54,426 nt of DNA from positions 1 to 54,426 of the forward strand of contig CAZZBP010000006.1 of assembly GCA_964652755.1 (NCBI GenBank), written 5' to 3'. Shown here piece after piece: positions 27,392-36,763 of this stretch (position 1 is its first letter; each line of letters begins with the position of its first letter). The DNA comes from an uncultured Dehalococcoidia bacterium (lineage in GTDB: Bacteria > Chloroflexota > Dehalococcoidia > Lucifugimonadales > UBA826). A program made the position numbers and the translations under genes. Under the pieces are notes generated by a model. That model did not search any database. It saw nothing but the letters and a program-made list of their open reading frames with translations, and was not told the DNA's origin.

Positions 27392-28699
27392 TTACTCCCT
27401 TGACAGCAGCAATGCATCTTTTGCAGCGCTAAGTGTTGCCGCAATATCTTTTTCGTTATGCGCTTCCGACACGAACCAAACTCCTCGACTCGTCAGCCGT
27501 ATTCCTCTCTTCATCATCTCAGCGACAAACCGAGAGTAACGACTCATATCTGCATATTTTGTGTGAGTTCGGTAATCTACCACCTCCTTCCCGCCAGTAA
27601 AACTTACCGCGAACACCTCTCCCGTGCCCTGAATTAACATTTCAAGCTCATATTTTTCATTCAGACTTTTTAATCCATCAATCAAAAGCTTTCCTGAGTT
27701 TCTTAATTTCTCGTTCAACTTAATACTTGAGTCTTCTATACGTTCGAGCGCCGCTTTTCCTGCGGCCATTGACATGACATTTGCATTCGCTGTGCCTCCA
27801 TGCATCACTTCACCTCTTCCTATCATTGCCATCACATCGCGCCTTCCCGCCAGCATCGAAAGAGGAAAGCCTCCCGCCATTGCTTTTGCATAAGTTGCTA
27901 AATCTGGTGTTACTCCGAAATACTCTTGGGCCCCTCCTGGTGCCAACCTGAATCCTGTAATCACCTCATCGAAGATTAACAACGCCCCGTTGGATTCACA
28001 TATTCGCTGAAGAGCGTTCAAATACCCATCCTTTGGGAGGATACAGTTTGTATTACACATAACTGGCTCCGTAATTACGGCTGCGATTTTCTCTCGGTTA
28101 TCTGAAAATACTTTTTCCAAGGCACTGATATTGTTCCATGGCAAAACGATTACGTTTGCAGCTTCGGTATCCGCTATCCCGTAACTCATAGGGACAGAAT
28201 AGGGCTCGGCCGCAGGACCCGACTTCTCTGGTTCAGCTGCGGTGTTAAAGAAAACACCGTCAGTCCAACCATGGTAATGCCCTTCAAATTTGACAATCCG
28301 GTCTCTGGTCGTAAAAGCTCGAGCTACCCTTAACGCCGCCTGTACTACCTCAGTCCCTGAGCTTGCGAATCGAACCAGTTCTGCACATGGCACCATCTCC
28401 TGTACTAATTCTGCTACCTGAATCTCCAACTCGTGTTGCCCAGCAAACAATTGGCCCTTTTCAGAGGCATTCGCGACAGCTTTTAAGAGAAATTGCGGAG
28501 AATGACCAAATATCATAGGTCCCTGCCCAAGGACATAATCTATGTATTCGTTACCATCAACATCCTTGATAGACGAGCCGATAGCAGATTCAAAAAAAAG
28601 TGGATGAGGCGACTCGGACAGTCGCACATTCGAATTCACACCCCCAGAAATTACTCTCTGCGACCTCTCATAAAGAGCCCTACTCCTGTCTAAATTCAT
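27392..28699 (-). CDS. Class III PLP aminotransferase, glutamate-1-semialdehyde aminomutase-like
   Basis: GGVNSNVR, SGTEVV, KFEGHYHG, LIFDEVITGFR and YAKAMAGG. Confidence 0.88.
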   Translation of the reverse strand: MNLDRSRALYERSQRVISGGVNSNVRLSESPHPLFFESAIGSSIKDVDGNEYIDYVLGQGPMIFGHSPQFLLKAVANASEKGQLFAGQHELEIQVAELVQEMVPCAELVRFASSGTEVVQAALRVARAFTTRDRIVKFEGHYHGWTDGVFFNTAAEPEKSGPAAEPYSVPMSYGIADTEAANVIVLPWNNISALEKVFSDNREKIAAVITEPVMCNTNCILPKDGYLNALQRICESNGALLIFDEVITGFRLAPGGAQEYFGVTPDLATYAKAMAGGFPLSMLAGRRDVMAMIGRGEVMHGGTANANVMSMAAGKAALERIEDSSIKLNEKLRNSGKLLIDGLKSLNEKYELEMLIQGTGEVFAVSFTGGKEVVDYRTHTKYADMSRYSRFVAEMMKRGIRLTSRGVWFVSEAHNEKDIAATLSAAKDALLLSRE

Positions 28700-28828
28700 C
28701 CCCTATCCTCCTCTCCAATCATGCCCTATAGCATACTTTAGAAAGGCTTTTAATCGTTCAATTATTCCTCTAACTCTATCGCTGATATGCTAGTCATCCC
28801 GAGTAAATCCGATTTTAAGGACACGTCC

Positions 28829-29341
28829 ATGCGGCTAGTAGTACTTGGCATGTATCACGGGACAAATACTTTCTCGTCAGTTTCAACAGACTATGATGCA
28901 TTTGATATTTACAGGGGACAAGAAATAACTAAATAGTATGACAAGTCACAGACAACCGTCGCTGGGTATCTGGCATGTTCAGACGAATCCACCGGTTTAG
29001 AGGTCGTACCCCTGTTCGTCGCTATTACAGGCACTAATTGGTACCATCACAAAAGAAGCGTATTACAGGATCACCGGGGAACTGTCCCCACCTATTGAAG
29101 ATAGAGGACCTTAGGATGGAATACTAGTAGGGAGCGGATGTACTCAGCCGGAGTAACTCCCGAACGCTACCGAATAATACTTGCAAAAGGAATGGTCTCT
29201 CCCCGTCTCGCCTACGCACCACTAGCCCAAGAAATAGTCCTGGTGAATTCCCCTGGAATCACTACATCAGATCTGTTATTTTTTAAGTATCATTGGATGT
29301 GATATAAACTTTACCCATTCGCGGAAACAGCACATTGCTAA
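28829..29341 (+). pseudogene. MlrC-like (peptidase M81) pseudogene with a large internal deletion
   Basis: N-terminus MRLVVLGMYHGTNTFS...EVVPL...GTITKEAY...GP*DGIL is fused near 29130 to C-terminus AGVTPERYRIILAKG...PRLAYAPLAQEIVLVNSPGITTSDL...LYPF. Stop at 28934, further stops and a frameshift. Confidence 0.85.
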
Positions 29342-29377
29342 CATGAACCAACTCTCTCGGTTATCCTGCTAACTGAG

Positions 29378-30985
29378 ATGATATACGACTACATCATCAT
29401 AGGAGCTGGATCAGCAGGTGCTATTGTAGCTTCACGGCTTTCAGAAAACCCTTCCCTCTCTGTACTCTTGTTGGAGGGTGGACCAGATTACCCCGATTTT
29501 GCCACCCTTCCCGACGATATCAAATTTGGCTACTCCACCGGAACAGATCTGGCTGTTGCAGACGAACACGACTGGGGATACACCGCCTTTGCAAATGGAA
29601 CCCCGAATACAAAGGATTCCCGTCCCCCAATCTCCAGGCGAACTTTGCGTATGCCCCGAGGAAAACTTACCGGAGGCACAAGCTCAATAAACGGACAAAT
29701 CTTTCTTAGGGCTTTGACTCACGACTTTGACCTGTGGTCAAAAATGGGTATCGAAGGCTGGGATTACGAGAGTGTGTTACCTTTTTTTCGCAAGTTGGAG
29801 ACGGACCTCGACTATTCGGGAGATTTCCACGGTAAGGAAGGTCCAATTCTTGCCCACAGATTTCCAAAGGATAAGTGGACAAACCCACAGATGGGATTTC
29901 ATAGGGCCGCTCTCGCCCTAGGATATCCAGAAGTAGATGACATGAACTTACCGGATGCCCATGGGGTCGGACCATTCCCTTGTAATAATCCCGCGGGTAT
30001 CCGCATGAGCACCTCACTCGGATATCTTTCCCAATCAAGGCATCGGCTTAATCTCACTCTGCGATCAAAGTGTACTGCCCAGCGGTTGATCCTAGATAAC
30101 AATAGTGTTACCGGGGTTGAGGTCAAGAGCGGAGGCGCCAATTTTATCGCAGAGGGCAACACAATAGTGTTATCTGCAGGCGCTCTGGCAAGTCCTCGCT
30201 TACTTTTGCTATCTGGAATAGGACCATCTAAACATCTCAACGAAATTGGCATACCAACTCTAAATGATCTTCCTGGAGTGGGTCAGAATTTGAGTGACCA
30301 CCCTCAAAATTTTGTCCATGCGTCAGTGCATGACATTGAGGTATTGGACACTACAGCGCCACGCCTACAAGTTGGACTGCGCTATACAGCGACAGGATCA
30401 TACGCCCGAGATGATATGTTGATGTGGATGGGCTCATACGCCGTCGATGGGGATTACAGGGATATTCTGCCGAACCCAAGAAACGAACCCGATATCGATC
30501 CAACTGTTACCGGAATACAGATGACCATATCCTTGTACTTAGCTACAAGCAAAGGAAGCCTACGATTAAGGTCTCCTGATCCCGATGACCTGCCAGAGAT
30601 ATTCTTAAATCTCCTAGATACAGAAAGTGATGTGAGTCGCATGGCAGATGGAGTGCGAAAAGCCTCAAATATAATGGGTTCTCCTAAGATGTCCTTCGTT
30701 GTTAAAACACGCACGGACCCAACGGACAAGATTTTGGAAGACGATAAACTATTACACCGTTGGCTGAGAAAGAACACGACGACCGGTAACCATCTAACCA
30801 GTACTTGCGCTATGGGCCCAGAATCTAACCGAATGGCAGTCGTAGACCACAAATGCAAAGTCCGAGGATTGGACAATCTCTACATTGCTGACGCTTCAGT
30901 TATGCCTGAATGTGTCAGGGCTAATACCAACGTTACAACTATGATGGTCGGGGAAAGATTGGCAGACTACCTGCTAAGAACCTGA
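29378..30985 (+). CDS. GMC family FAD oxidoreductase (choline dehydrogenase-like)
   Basis: GAGSAG, RGKLTGGTSSING, LLLSGIGP, PGVGQNLSDH, catalytic H in NHLTSTCAMG, and ANTN. Confidence 0.93.
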   Translation: MIYDYIIIGAGSAGAIVASRLSENPSLSVLLLEGGPDYPDFATLPDDIKFGYSTGTDLAVADEHDWGYTAFANGTPNTKDSRPPISRRTLRMPRGKLTGGTSSINGQIFLRALTHDFDLWSKMGIEGWDYESVLPFFRKLETDLDYSGDFHGKEGPILAHRFPKDKWTNPQMGFHRAALALGYPEVDDMNLPDAHGVGPFPCNNPAGIRMSTSLGYLSQSRHRLNLTLRSKCTAQRLILDNNSVTGVEVKSGGANFIAEGNTIVLSAGALASPRLLLLSGIGPSKHLNEIGIPTLNDLPGVGQNLSDHPQNFVHASVHDIEVLDTTAPRLQVGLRYTATGSYARDDMLMWMGSYAVDGDYRDILPNPRNEPDIDPTVTGIQMTISLYLATSKGSLRLRSPDPDDLPEIFLNLLDTESDVSRMADGVRKASNIMGSPKMSFVVKTRTDPTDKILEDDKLLHRWLRKNTTTGNHLTSTCAMGPESNRMAVVDHKCKVRGLDNLYIADASVMPECVRANTNVTTMMVGERLADYLLRT

Positions 30986-31007
30986 TCAGTAACATCCATT
31001 GTTGTTA

Positions 31008-31191
31008 ATGGACTGGAAAATGTGTAAAGATTCAGGCCTGTGAGGGCGACATCGTGTTTATGCCAAAAGGATTCCGGCATAGTATCACCACGGTATATAG
31101 TGATGATTCTTTTCGACTGACAGTAACAACCGTAGGGAGCACCCATATTTATATGGATGGTTATGGTTTCGCTCCCTCTCCTCGTACATAG
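31008..31191 (+). pseudogene. 3' remnant of a cupin-domain gene
   Basis: KIQACEGDIVFMPKGFRHSITTV...RLTVT...HIY matches cupin motif 2 (GDxxxxPxGxxH). No upstream motif 1 and no in-frame start. Confidence 0.65.
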
Positions 31192-31302
31192 TTATTGTTG
31201 GTAAGCTATTATTCTACAAACAACAGAATACTCAACACCCAAGTGAGCGAGATTAGAGTTTAGTTTAAAACGATTCTCATATTCACTTATTGAAGGGAAG
31301 GA

Positions 31303-31869
31303 AAGGCAACACCAAAGATACAAACGGGCTTCGATAACAATTTCACTCGAAAATTTGGGTTTCCTAAGGAGCGCCCTGCTACCAAGGTAGTTGAGTCGCT
31401 GCGACAATCTCACGTGGATTTCATAGGCCAGTCGCCATTTTGTGTAATGGCGACGGCGGATTTGGCTGGAAGCTGTGATGCCTCTCCGAAGGGGGGGCTC
31501 CCGGGATTCGTAAAAGTATTGGATGAGAGACATTTACTTTTCCCAGACGTCGCTGGTAACCGTTTGTTCCAGTCCTATCAAAACGTCGAAGTGAATCCCC
31601 ACATTGGTCTTGTATTTTTTATTCCAGGCATAAACGAAACTGTTCGAGTCAATGGAACAGCCTCAATTGTCTCCGGTGAGCAGCTGAAGGAGATGGAAAT
31701 AGCACTGGAAGTTCGAAACCCAGACGAAAACGCTAAGGTGCTTCAAGGACTTCTGATCGAGGTCGAGGAGTCGTATGGGCATTGTCCAAGAGCATTTTCT
31801 TTCGCTAATCTATGGGATACAACCCAGATCAATTCGAACCGGGAAACCCCTAAAAAGCTCAATGACTAA
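31303..31869 (+). CDS. Pyridoxamine 5'-phosphate oxidase-like FMN-binding protein (MSMEG_1061-like); start codon unclear
   Basis: FIGQSPF, DASPKGGLPGFV, PDVAGN, NPHIGLVFFIPG, RVNG and YGHCPRA. Family-like sequence continues in frame upstream of GTG 31414 to an AAG at 31303 that follows an RBS. Confidence 0.8.
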   Translation, partial: KATPKIQTGFDNNFTRKFGFPKERPATKVVESLRQSHVDFIGQSPFCVMATADLAGSCDASPKGGLPGFVKVLDERHLLFPDVAGNRLFQSYQNVEVNPHIGLVFFIPGINETVRVNGTASIVSGEQLKEMEIALEVRNPDENAKVLQGLLIEVEESYGHCPRAFSFANLWDTTQINSNRETPKKLND

Positions 31870-31940
31870 CGTCCTAATTTAGTCGGGTTTTGAATGAGAC
31901 CATAGCTACCGATAGTTAATAATCAGAAAGCGAGCAATAG

Positions 31941-33338
31941 ATGGTTCTTAAGAAAGCTTCCCCTGACATAGACTTAATGGCGCACTTGATGCGGCGGGCA
32001 GGATTCGGAGCGACAAGGGACGAACTAGAACGCCGGTCCACTCAGGGTTATGAGGAGACAATAGAAGAACTTTTAAATCCTGATACCCAAACACCAGTCG
32101 ATATCTATGAGTTTTTACGTTACTACCCGATGTGGTGGAAACCCGGCACCATGGGAGGATTAGGGCAGGCTCCCTGGGTCTGGACTATGATCAACACTCC
32201 AGCACCATTACAAGAGAAACTTTGCCTCTTTTACCACAACATTTTCGCAACCGGTGTTGCCAAGGTAGACCACTACGATGAGATCCAAGACATGATAGAC
32301 ATGTTTCGCGACAAGGGCCTCGGGTACTACAAGGAAATACTCATGGAAGTGGCAAGAAGCCCTGCTATGATCTATTGGCTCGATAACAATGAGAACCACG
32401 CCGACTCCGTTAACGAAAACTGGGGAAGAGAGCTCCTGGAACTCTTTACTATGGGAGTCGGCAACTACACAGAAACTGACGTACGTGAATGCTCTAGGGC
32501 ATTCACGGGTTGGACGCTGGAACACAAGCTACCGCGTTTCCACATGGGCCGTTGGGACTGGGATTTCAAATTTCTCCCAGAGGATCACGATTATGGCGAT
32601 AAGGAATTCCTTGGACACAAGGGGGATTTCGACGGTGAAGAGGTAATTGATATTATTTTATCAAAGCCTGCCACAGCGACATTCATCGCCCGTCACCTCT
32701 ACAGTTTTTTTGTTGCAGACGAACCTCAAGTTCCGGCTTGGTCGGTGACTCCACCCCGAGACCCAGAGGCAGTGCAATTTCTTGCAGACGCGCTCATGGA
32801 AAGCAATTATCACATTGGAATTGTGTTAAAAAAGCTTTTCACCAGTGATTTCTTTAAAGAACAACGGTTCAGTAAAGTAAAAAATCCAACAGAGGTAGTT
32901 ATCAGTACTCTGCGGCTTGTAGGCGGAACAGAACGCCCTGCCCCAGAGATTATGGACTGGACCGGACAGATCGCATATATGGGACAAGATTTGCTCAATC
33001 CGCCAAGTGTAGAGGGATGGCACAACGGATTAGAGTGGATTAACAGCGGTACACTCATGAAGCGCACTAACTTCGTCTCAGGGCTGATATCAGATCCTTC
33101 ACGTCCAGGGGTAGAGACCATTGTCAGCCGAGTGAAGGAAGCCGGGACCGAGCCGTCAAATATTGTTGACGCATGTTTAGACATCATGGGACCATTAATG
33201 GTGTCAGAGACCACCCGATCCGAACTCATCTCTCATGCCGATAGGCTAGGTGAATTTGACTGGTCTGGGTCCGGTATAGAGAGGCTGACGGAATTAATGC
33301 AGTTAGTCGTAGCCACACGAGAGTATCAATTTGCCTGA
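31941..33338 (+). CDS. DUF1800 domain protein
   Basis: HLMRRAGFG, PAMIYWLDN, NENWGRELLELFTMG, RAFTGW and PPSVEGW. Confidence 0.92.
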   Translation: MVLKKASPDIDLMAHLMRRAGFGATRDELERRSTQGYEETIEELLNPDTQTPVDIYEFLRYYPMWWKPGTMGGLGQAPWVWTMINTPAPLQEKLCLFYHNIFATGVAKVDHYDEIQDMIDMFRDKGLGYYKEILMEVARSPAMIYWLDNNENHADSVNENWGRELLELFTMGVGNYTETDVRECSRAFTGWTLEHKLPRFHMGRWDWDFKFLPEDHDYGDKEFLGHKGDFDGEEVIDIILSKPATATFIARHLYSFFVADEPQVPAWSVTPPRDPEAVQFLADALMESNYHIGIVLKKLFTSDFFKEQRFSKVKNPTEVVISTLRLVGGTERPAPEIMDWTGQIAYMGQDLLNPPSVEGWHNGLEWINSGTLMKRTNFVSGLISDPSRPGVETIVSRVKEAGTEPSNIVDACLDIMGPLMVSETTRSELISHADRLGEFDWSGSGIERLTELMQLVVATREYQFA

Positions 33339-33410
33339 TGGCCCGATAACCCGTTTATATTCTGAGACTCCTCTCAATTCCATTAACCAAAACATTGGAA
33401 GGAAAATGTA

Positions 33411-34538
33411 ATGTCAAATAAAAACAAGGACCCGGTTGTCGTCGTTCTGCAACTAACCGGGGGAAATGACTACATGAACACAGTAGTCCCTCACTCCAAC
33501 TCGCAGTATCGGGACTATCGTCCAAAAGTAAACATCGGTGAGGATGACGTGATCCGATTAAACGATGATATAGGATTCCATCCATCAATGAAGCCGCTGG
33601 CGGACATGTACCAGGCTGGAAATGTCGCAATAATTCATGGAGTAGGCTATAGCAATTCCCCGCGATCCCACTTTCGATCGATGGACATCTGGCACACATG
33701 TGAACCCGAGACACTAGGTACAGAGGGTTGGCTGGGAAGAACAGTAAAGCAAATTGATCCAAACAAAGAAAACGTTGTAACCGCGGTCAGCATGGGACCC
33801 TCTCTTTATAGAGCACTTGTGGCACCCGACGTGCCTGTAGCTACTGTAGAGAACCTGGATAGCTATGGGTTACTTACAGACATCACGCCGGAAGAGAAAC
33901 GCAACCGTGTCCTGGACCGTTACAAGCGAATGTATTCGCCAATGATCGGCTCCGGGCCAGTAATGGATTTCTTAGGCCAAACTGGACTGGATTCAATAAA
34001 AGGTGCAGACATTCTTAATGTTGCTCCTGAGCGATATTCCTCTACAATTGAGTACGCTGACAATTCCATCTCCCGCAAGCTACGATCAATTGCACAGATA
34101 CATTTGGCCGAACTTGGTACCCGGGTCTTCTACTGCGATCTGGGAAGTTTCGATACGCACGCTGACCAACTCGCAACCCACGATAAATTATGGGCTTCCG
34201 CTTCCGTCGCAATCCAGGATTTCTTCGATGACTTAGAGGAGCATAATGCCGCAGACAACGTGACTATGTTCCTTTTCTCTGAGTTCGGAAGAAGAGTGTA
34301 TGACAATGGCGCAGGAACGGACCATGGAGCCGGTGGTGTATGCCTTGCTATAGGCAAGGATGTGCTCGGTGGAGAATATGGCCATTACCCATCAATGAAG
34401 GAATCTGATTTGGACCAGGGAGACTTGGTACCTGACATCGATTTCCGAGGTGTTTACACTACCCTTATCGAGGACTGGATGAAACTAGATCCAATACCGA
34501 TAGTCGGTGGTCACTTTGAAAAACCTAGGTTTTTCTAA
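33411..34538 (+). CDS. DUF1501 domain protein (no Tat signal)
   Basis: QLTGGNDYMNTVVP, RSHFRS, FDTHADQ, SEFGRRV, GTDHG and DFRGVY. Confidence 0.92.
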   Translation: MSNKNKDPVVVVLQLTGGNDYMNTVVPHSNSQYRDYRPKVNIGEDDVIRLNDDIGFHPSMKPLADMYQAGNVAIIHGVGYSNSPRSHFRSMDIWHTCEPETLGTEGWLGRTVKQIDPNKENVVTAVSMGPSLYRALVAPDVPVATVENLDSYGLLTDITPEEKRNRVLDRYKRMYSPMIGSGPVMDFLGQTGLDSIKGADILNVAPERYSSTIEYADNSISRKLRSIAQIHLAELGTRVFYCDLGSFDTHADQLATHDKLWASASVAIQDFFDDLEEHNAADNVTMFLFSEFGRRVYDNGAGTDHGAGGVCLAIGKDVLGGEYGHYPSMKESDLDQGDLVPDIDFRGVYTTLIEDWMKLDPIPIVGGHFEKPRFF

Positions 34539-34603
34539 CTTATCGATTCAAGGTCAAGACAAATTTTAACAGCAGGCAGAAATGAGGCCGGTTTGGAGAA
34601 AAT

Positions 34604-35599
34604 ATGCTTACTACCTCAACTAAAGGGCGGGCGCTTGACTATTCCAGAGTTATCGGAGGAAGGCTATTTCGGGGAATTGTGCACATTGCCTTAGGTGAAA
34701 ATAACGATGTCTATGCGGTTTTACGTGATTCATATAATTCCGGCATCGTAAAGTTGACCATAGGTGAGGAACTGGATGATGAAGAAGAAGTCTTGTCTTT
34801 CGCCAATGTTTCCGAAGGTGTTTTTAAACAATCGTGGCCGACTTGTGCTGTTATTCAAAATAAAGATATTTTCGTTACTGACGAATTACAAAACTGCATC
34901 CTAGTTTTTAACACCGATGGTCAATTTATTAGGAGTTTCGGTGAATCCGGAAACGAAGATGGCCAATTTGACAGACCATCTGGAATCACCCTTGATAAAC
35001 AGGGCAATCTCCTAGTGGCCGACACTTTGAATCATCGCATCCAAAAAATAACACCGTCAGGTGAATTTATATCAACGTTTGGCTCACACGGAACCCTGCC
35101 GGGCGAACTGAACGCTCCGTGGGGCATAGAAACTGCAGAGGATGGGGCCCTATTTGTCGCTGATCACTTAAACAATCGAATTCAAAAATTTGACGAGTCA
35201 GGAAATTTAATTCTTGAGGTAGGTAATACTGGCACGGACAGAGAGCGCCTCAATCATCCCTCTGATGTAGCTCTTGATCCTGATGGAGATATATATGTAG
35301 CAGACTGGGTGAACAACCGTATACAGATCTACAATTCAGAAGGAACTTACATTACTAGTTTAGAAGGTGCCGCCTTTGAATTATCAAAATGGCAACAACA
35401 GTACGTTCGTGGCAATCCGGATGTGCATAAAGCGCGACGCCGAGTAGCTACGCTGGAGCCAGAGAAATGGTTCGCACTACCTACAAGTGTCGCTTTTGAT
35501 CCTATAAAATCGCGACTACTAGCTGTAGATTCCCAACGATGGAGAATCCAGATATACGATAAGCTAAATGGCTATTCTGACCCTCAGTTTAATATCTAG
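34604..35599 (+). CDS. NHL-repeat beta-propeller protein
   Basis: Repeated F/LxxPxGI...VADxxNxRIQKF units. Confidence 0.9.
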   Translation: MLTTSTKGRALDYSRVIGGRLFRGIVHIALGENNDVYAVLRDSYNSGIVKLTIGEELDDEEEVLSFANVSEGVFKQSWPTCAVIQNKDIFVTDELQNCILVFNTDGQFIRSFGESGNEDGQFDRPSGITLDKQGNLLVADTLNHRIQKITPSGEFISTFGSHGTLPGELNAPWGIETAEDGALFVADHLNNRIQKFDESGNLILEVGNTGTDRERLNHPSDVALDPDGDIYVADWVNNRIQIYNSEGTYITSLEGAAFELSKWQQQYVRGNPDVHKARRRVATLEPEKWFALPTSVAFDPIKSRLLAVDSQRWRIQIYDKLNGYSDPQFNI

Positions 35600-35630
35600 A
35601 CTTGATTGAAAACTATCGGTTGTCAATCTT

Positions 35631-36632
35631 CTATAGGAACCGGAACAATTCAGTTGGTTCCCATCTGACAAGACACATCGTCCTCCCAGCGGAACCCAGC
35701 AGTTCTAGCCCGTCTTTAACCGGACTTAGGTGAACATCTAGAAGGGAAATTAAGTCATTATCCTTTTCCGTACCTTCATTCACATACATACGCTTTCGTA
35801 AATCATTTATAGCCTCAATTTTCGATTCGTATATGTGAGGATCTAGCGTTTCCAAAATTGAAAGCTCCGGGATAATACCCATTTCCCACAGTACCCCCAT
35901 TAGCTCCGGCACTCCAGGTAAATTAATTCTCTTCTCGCCATGAATCAGTTCCCATAGTACTTCGAGGTGTGCCTGTGGGGACCTCATGAATGCCAGGACG
36001 ATTACTCGATCGGCTGTAAAGCGGTTTAAGTTCCACACAAAGGTCTCAATATCCTCTATGCCATAGGTGACGTGAGAACAAAGCGAACCACTATGAACCA
36101 AAACATTGAACGGTAATCTCTCCCAGCGTGACCAGATGGCCTCCACATTGTCAATCCTTGATTCTAGAGAGGCTTCTTTTAATTGATTCAGCATGGATTC
36201 TGATGAATCCACTACAGTTACTTTTTCGCGGTGTAAAGCCAGTGGCAAGGCGAATCTTCCAGCTCCACCACCTACGTCAAGCAGGGAATTACAGTCTGTG
36301 AACTCCTCTTCTAAGCGGACCAAAAGTGGATCATTTAATCGAAATGGGTCGTCCCGGAATTTATGAGCCAAGCCCTGCCAGAAGTCTTGCCCGGGATCAA
36401 AATCAACCTGGGCAGCAACCGATTGTGAGTGATGAGCTTTAACTTGGGTTCGCCATCTTTCTATCCCACCCATAGCGAAACCATTACCCCTACTAACCTT
36501 ATTACCAACATAACCCAGCAGCCTAACACGTAAACCGAGACCATTAAAGCTTATTCGGCCAATCGGAAAACCAGATTCATTTAAAACTATGCCTTCGTCC
36601 CCATTGGTGTGCCCATAGTCATTTTTAGTCAT
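35631..36632 (-). CDS. Class I SAM-dependent methyltransferase (true start may be ATG 36473)
   Basis: LLDVGGGAGRFA (motif I), VTVVDSSESML and LCSHVTY. Confidence 0.85.
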   Translation of the reverse strand: MTKNDYGHTNGDEGIVLNESGFPIGRISFNGLGLRVRLLGYVGNKVSRGNGFAMGGIERWRTQVKAHHSQSVAAQVDFDPGQDFWQGLAHKFRDDPFRLNDPLLVRLEEEFTDCNSLLDVGGGAGRFALPLALHREKVTVVDSSESMLNQLKEASLESRIDNVEAIWSRWERLPFNVLVHSGSLCSHVTYGIEDIETFVWNLNRFTADRVIVLAFMRSPQAHLEVLWELIHGEKRINLPGVPELMGVLWEMGIIPELSILETLDPHIYESKIEAINDLRKRMYVNEGTEKDNDLISLLDVHLSPVKDGLELLGSAGRTMCLVRWEPTELFRFL

Positions 36633-36643
36633 ATCTACTCATC

Positions 36644-36689
36644 TATTGACTTGGGTAATATATTGGTGTATTGACTTGCGTAATATAAT
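36644..36689. promoter_or_regulatory. Tandem 19-bp operator-like repeats overlapping a -10 box
   Basis: TATTGACTTGGGTAATATA (36644-36662) and TATTGACTTGCGTAATATA (36669-36687) are 18/19 identical. TATAAT at 36684-36689. Confidence 0.65.
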
Positions 36690-36763
36690 TGAAGTCCGTC
36701 GGCAGAACTCACTGCAGATGTAAAGCAGTATGGACATTAACAAGTTGATTTGGAGGTGTTACT

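Noticed and set aside
27392-28699. Calling the class III aminotransferase hemL
   Set aside because: It has GHYHGWTD rather than the HemL-typical GCYHGHxD, and no tetrapyrrole genes are nearby. Left as GSA-like.
29378-30985. Mycofactocin-associated MftG
   Set aside because: No mft genes in the window, and the motifs are those of a generic His/Asn GMC oxidoreductase.
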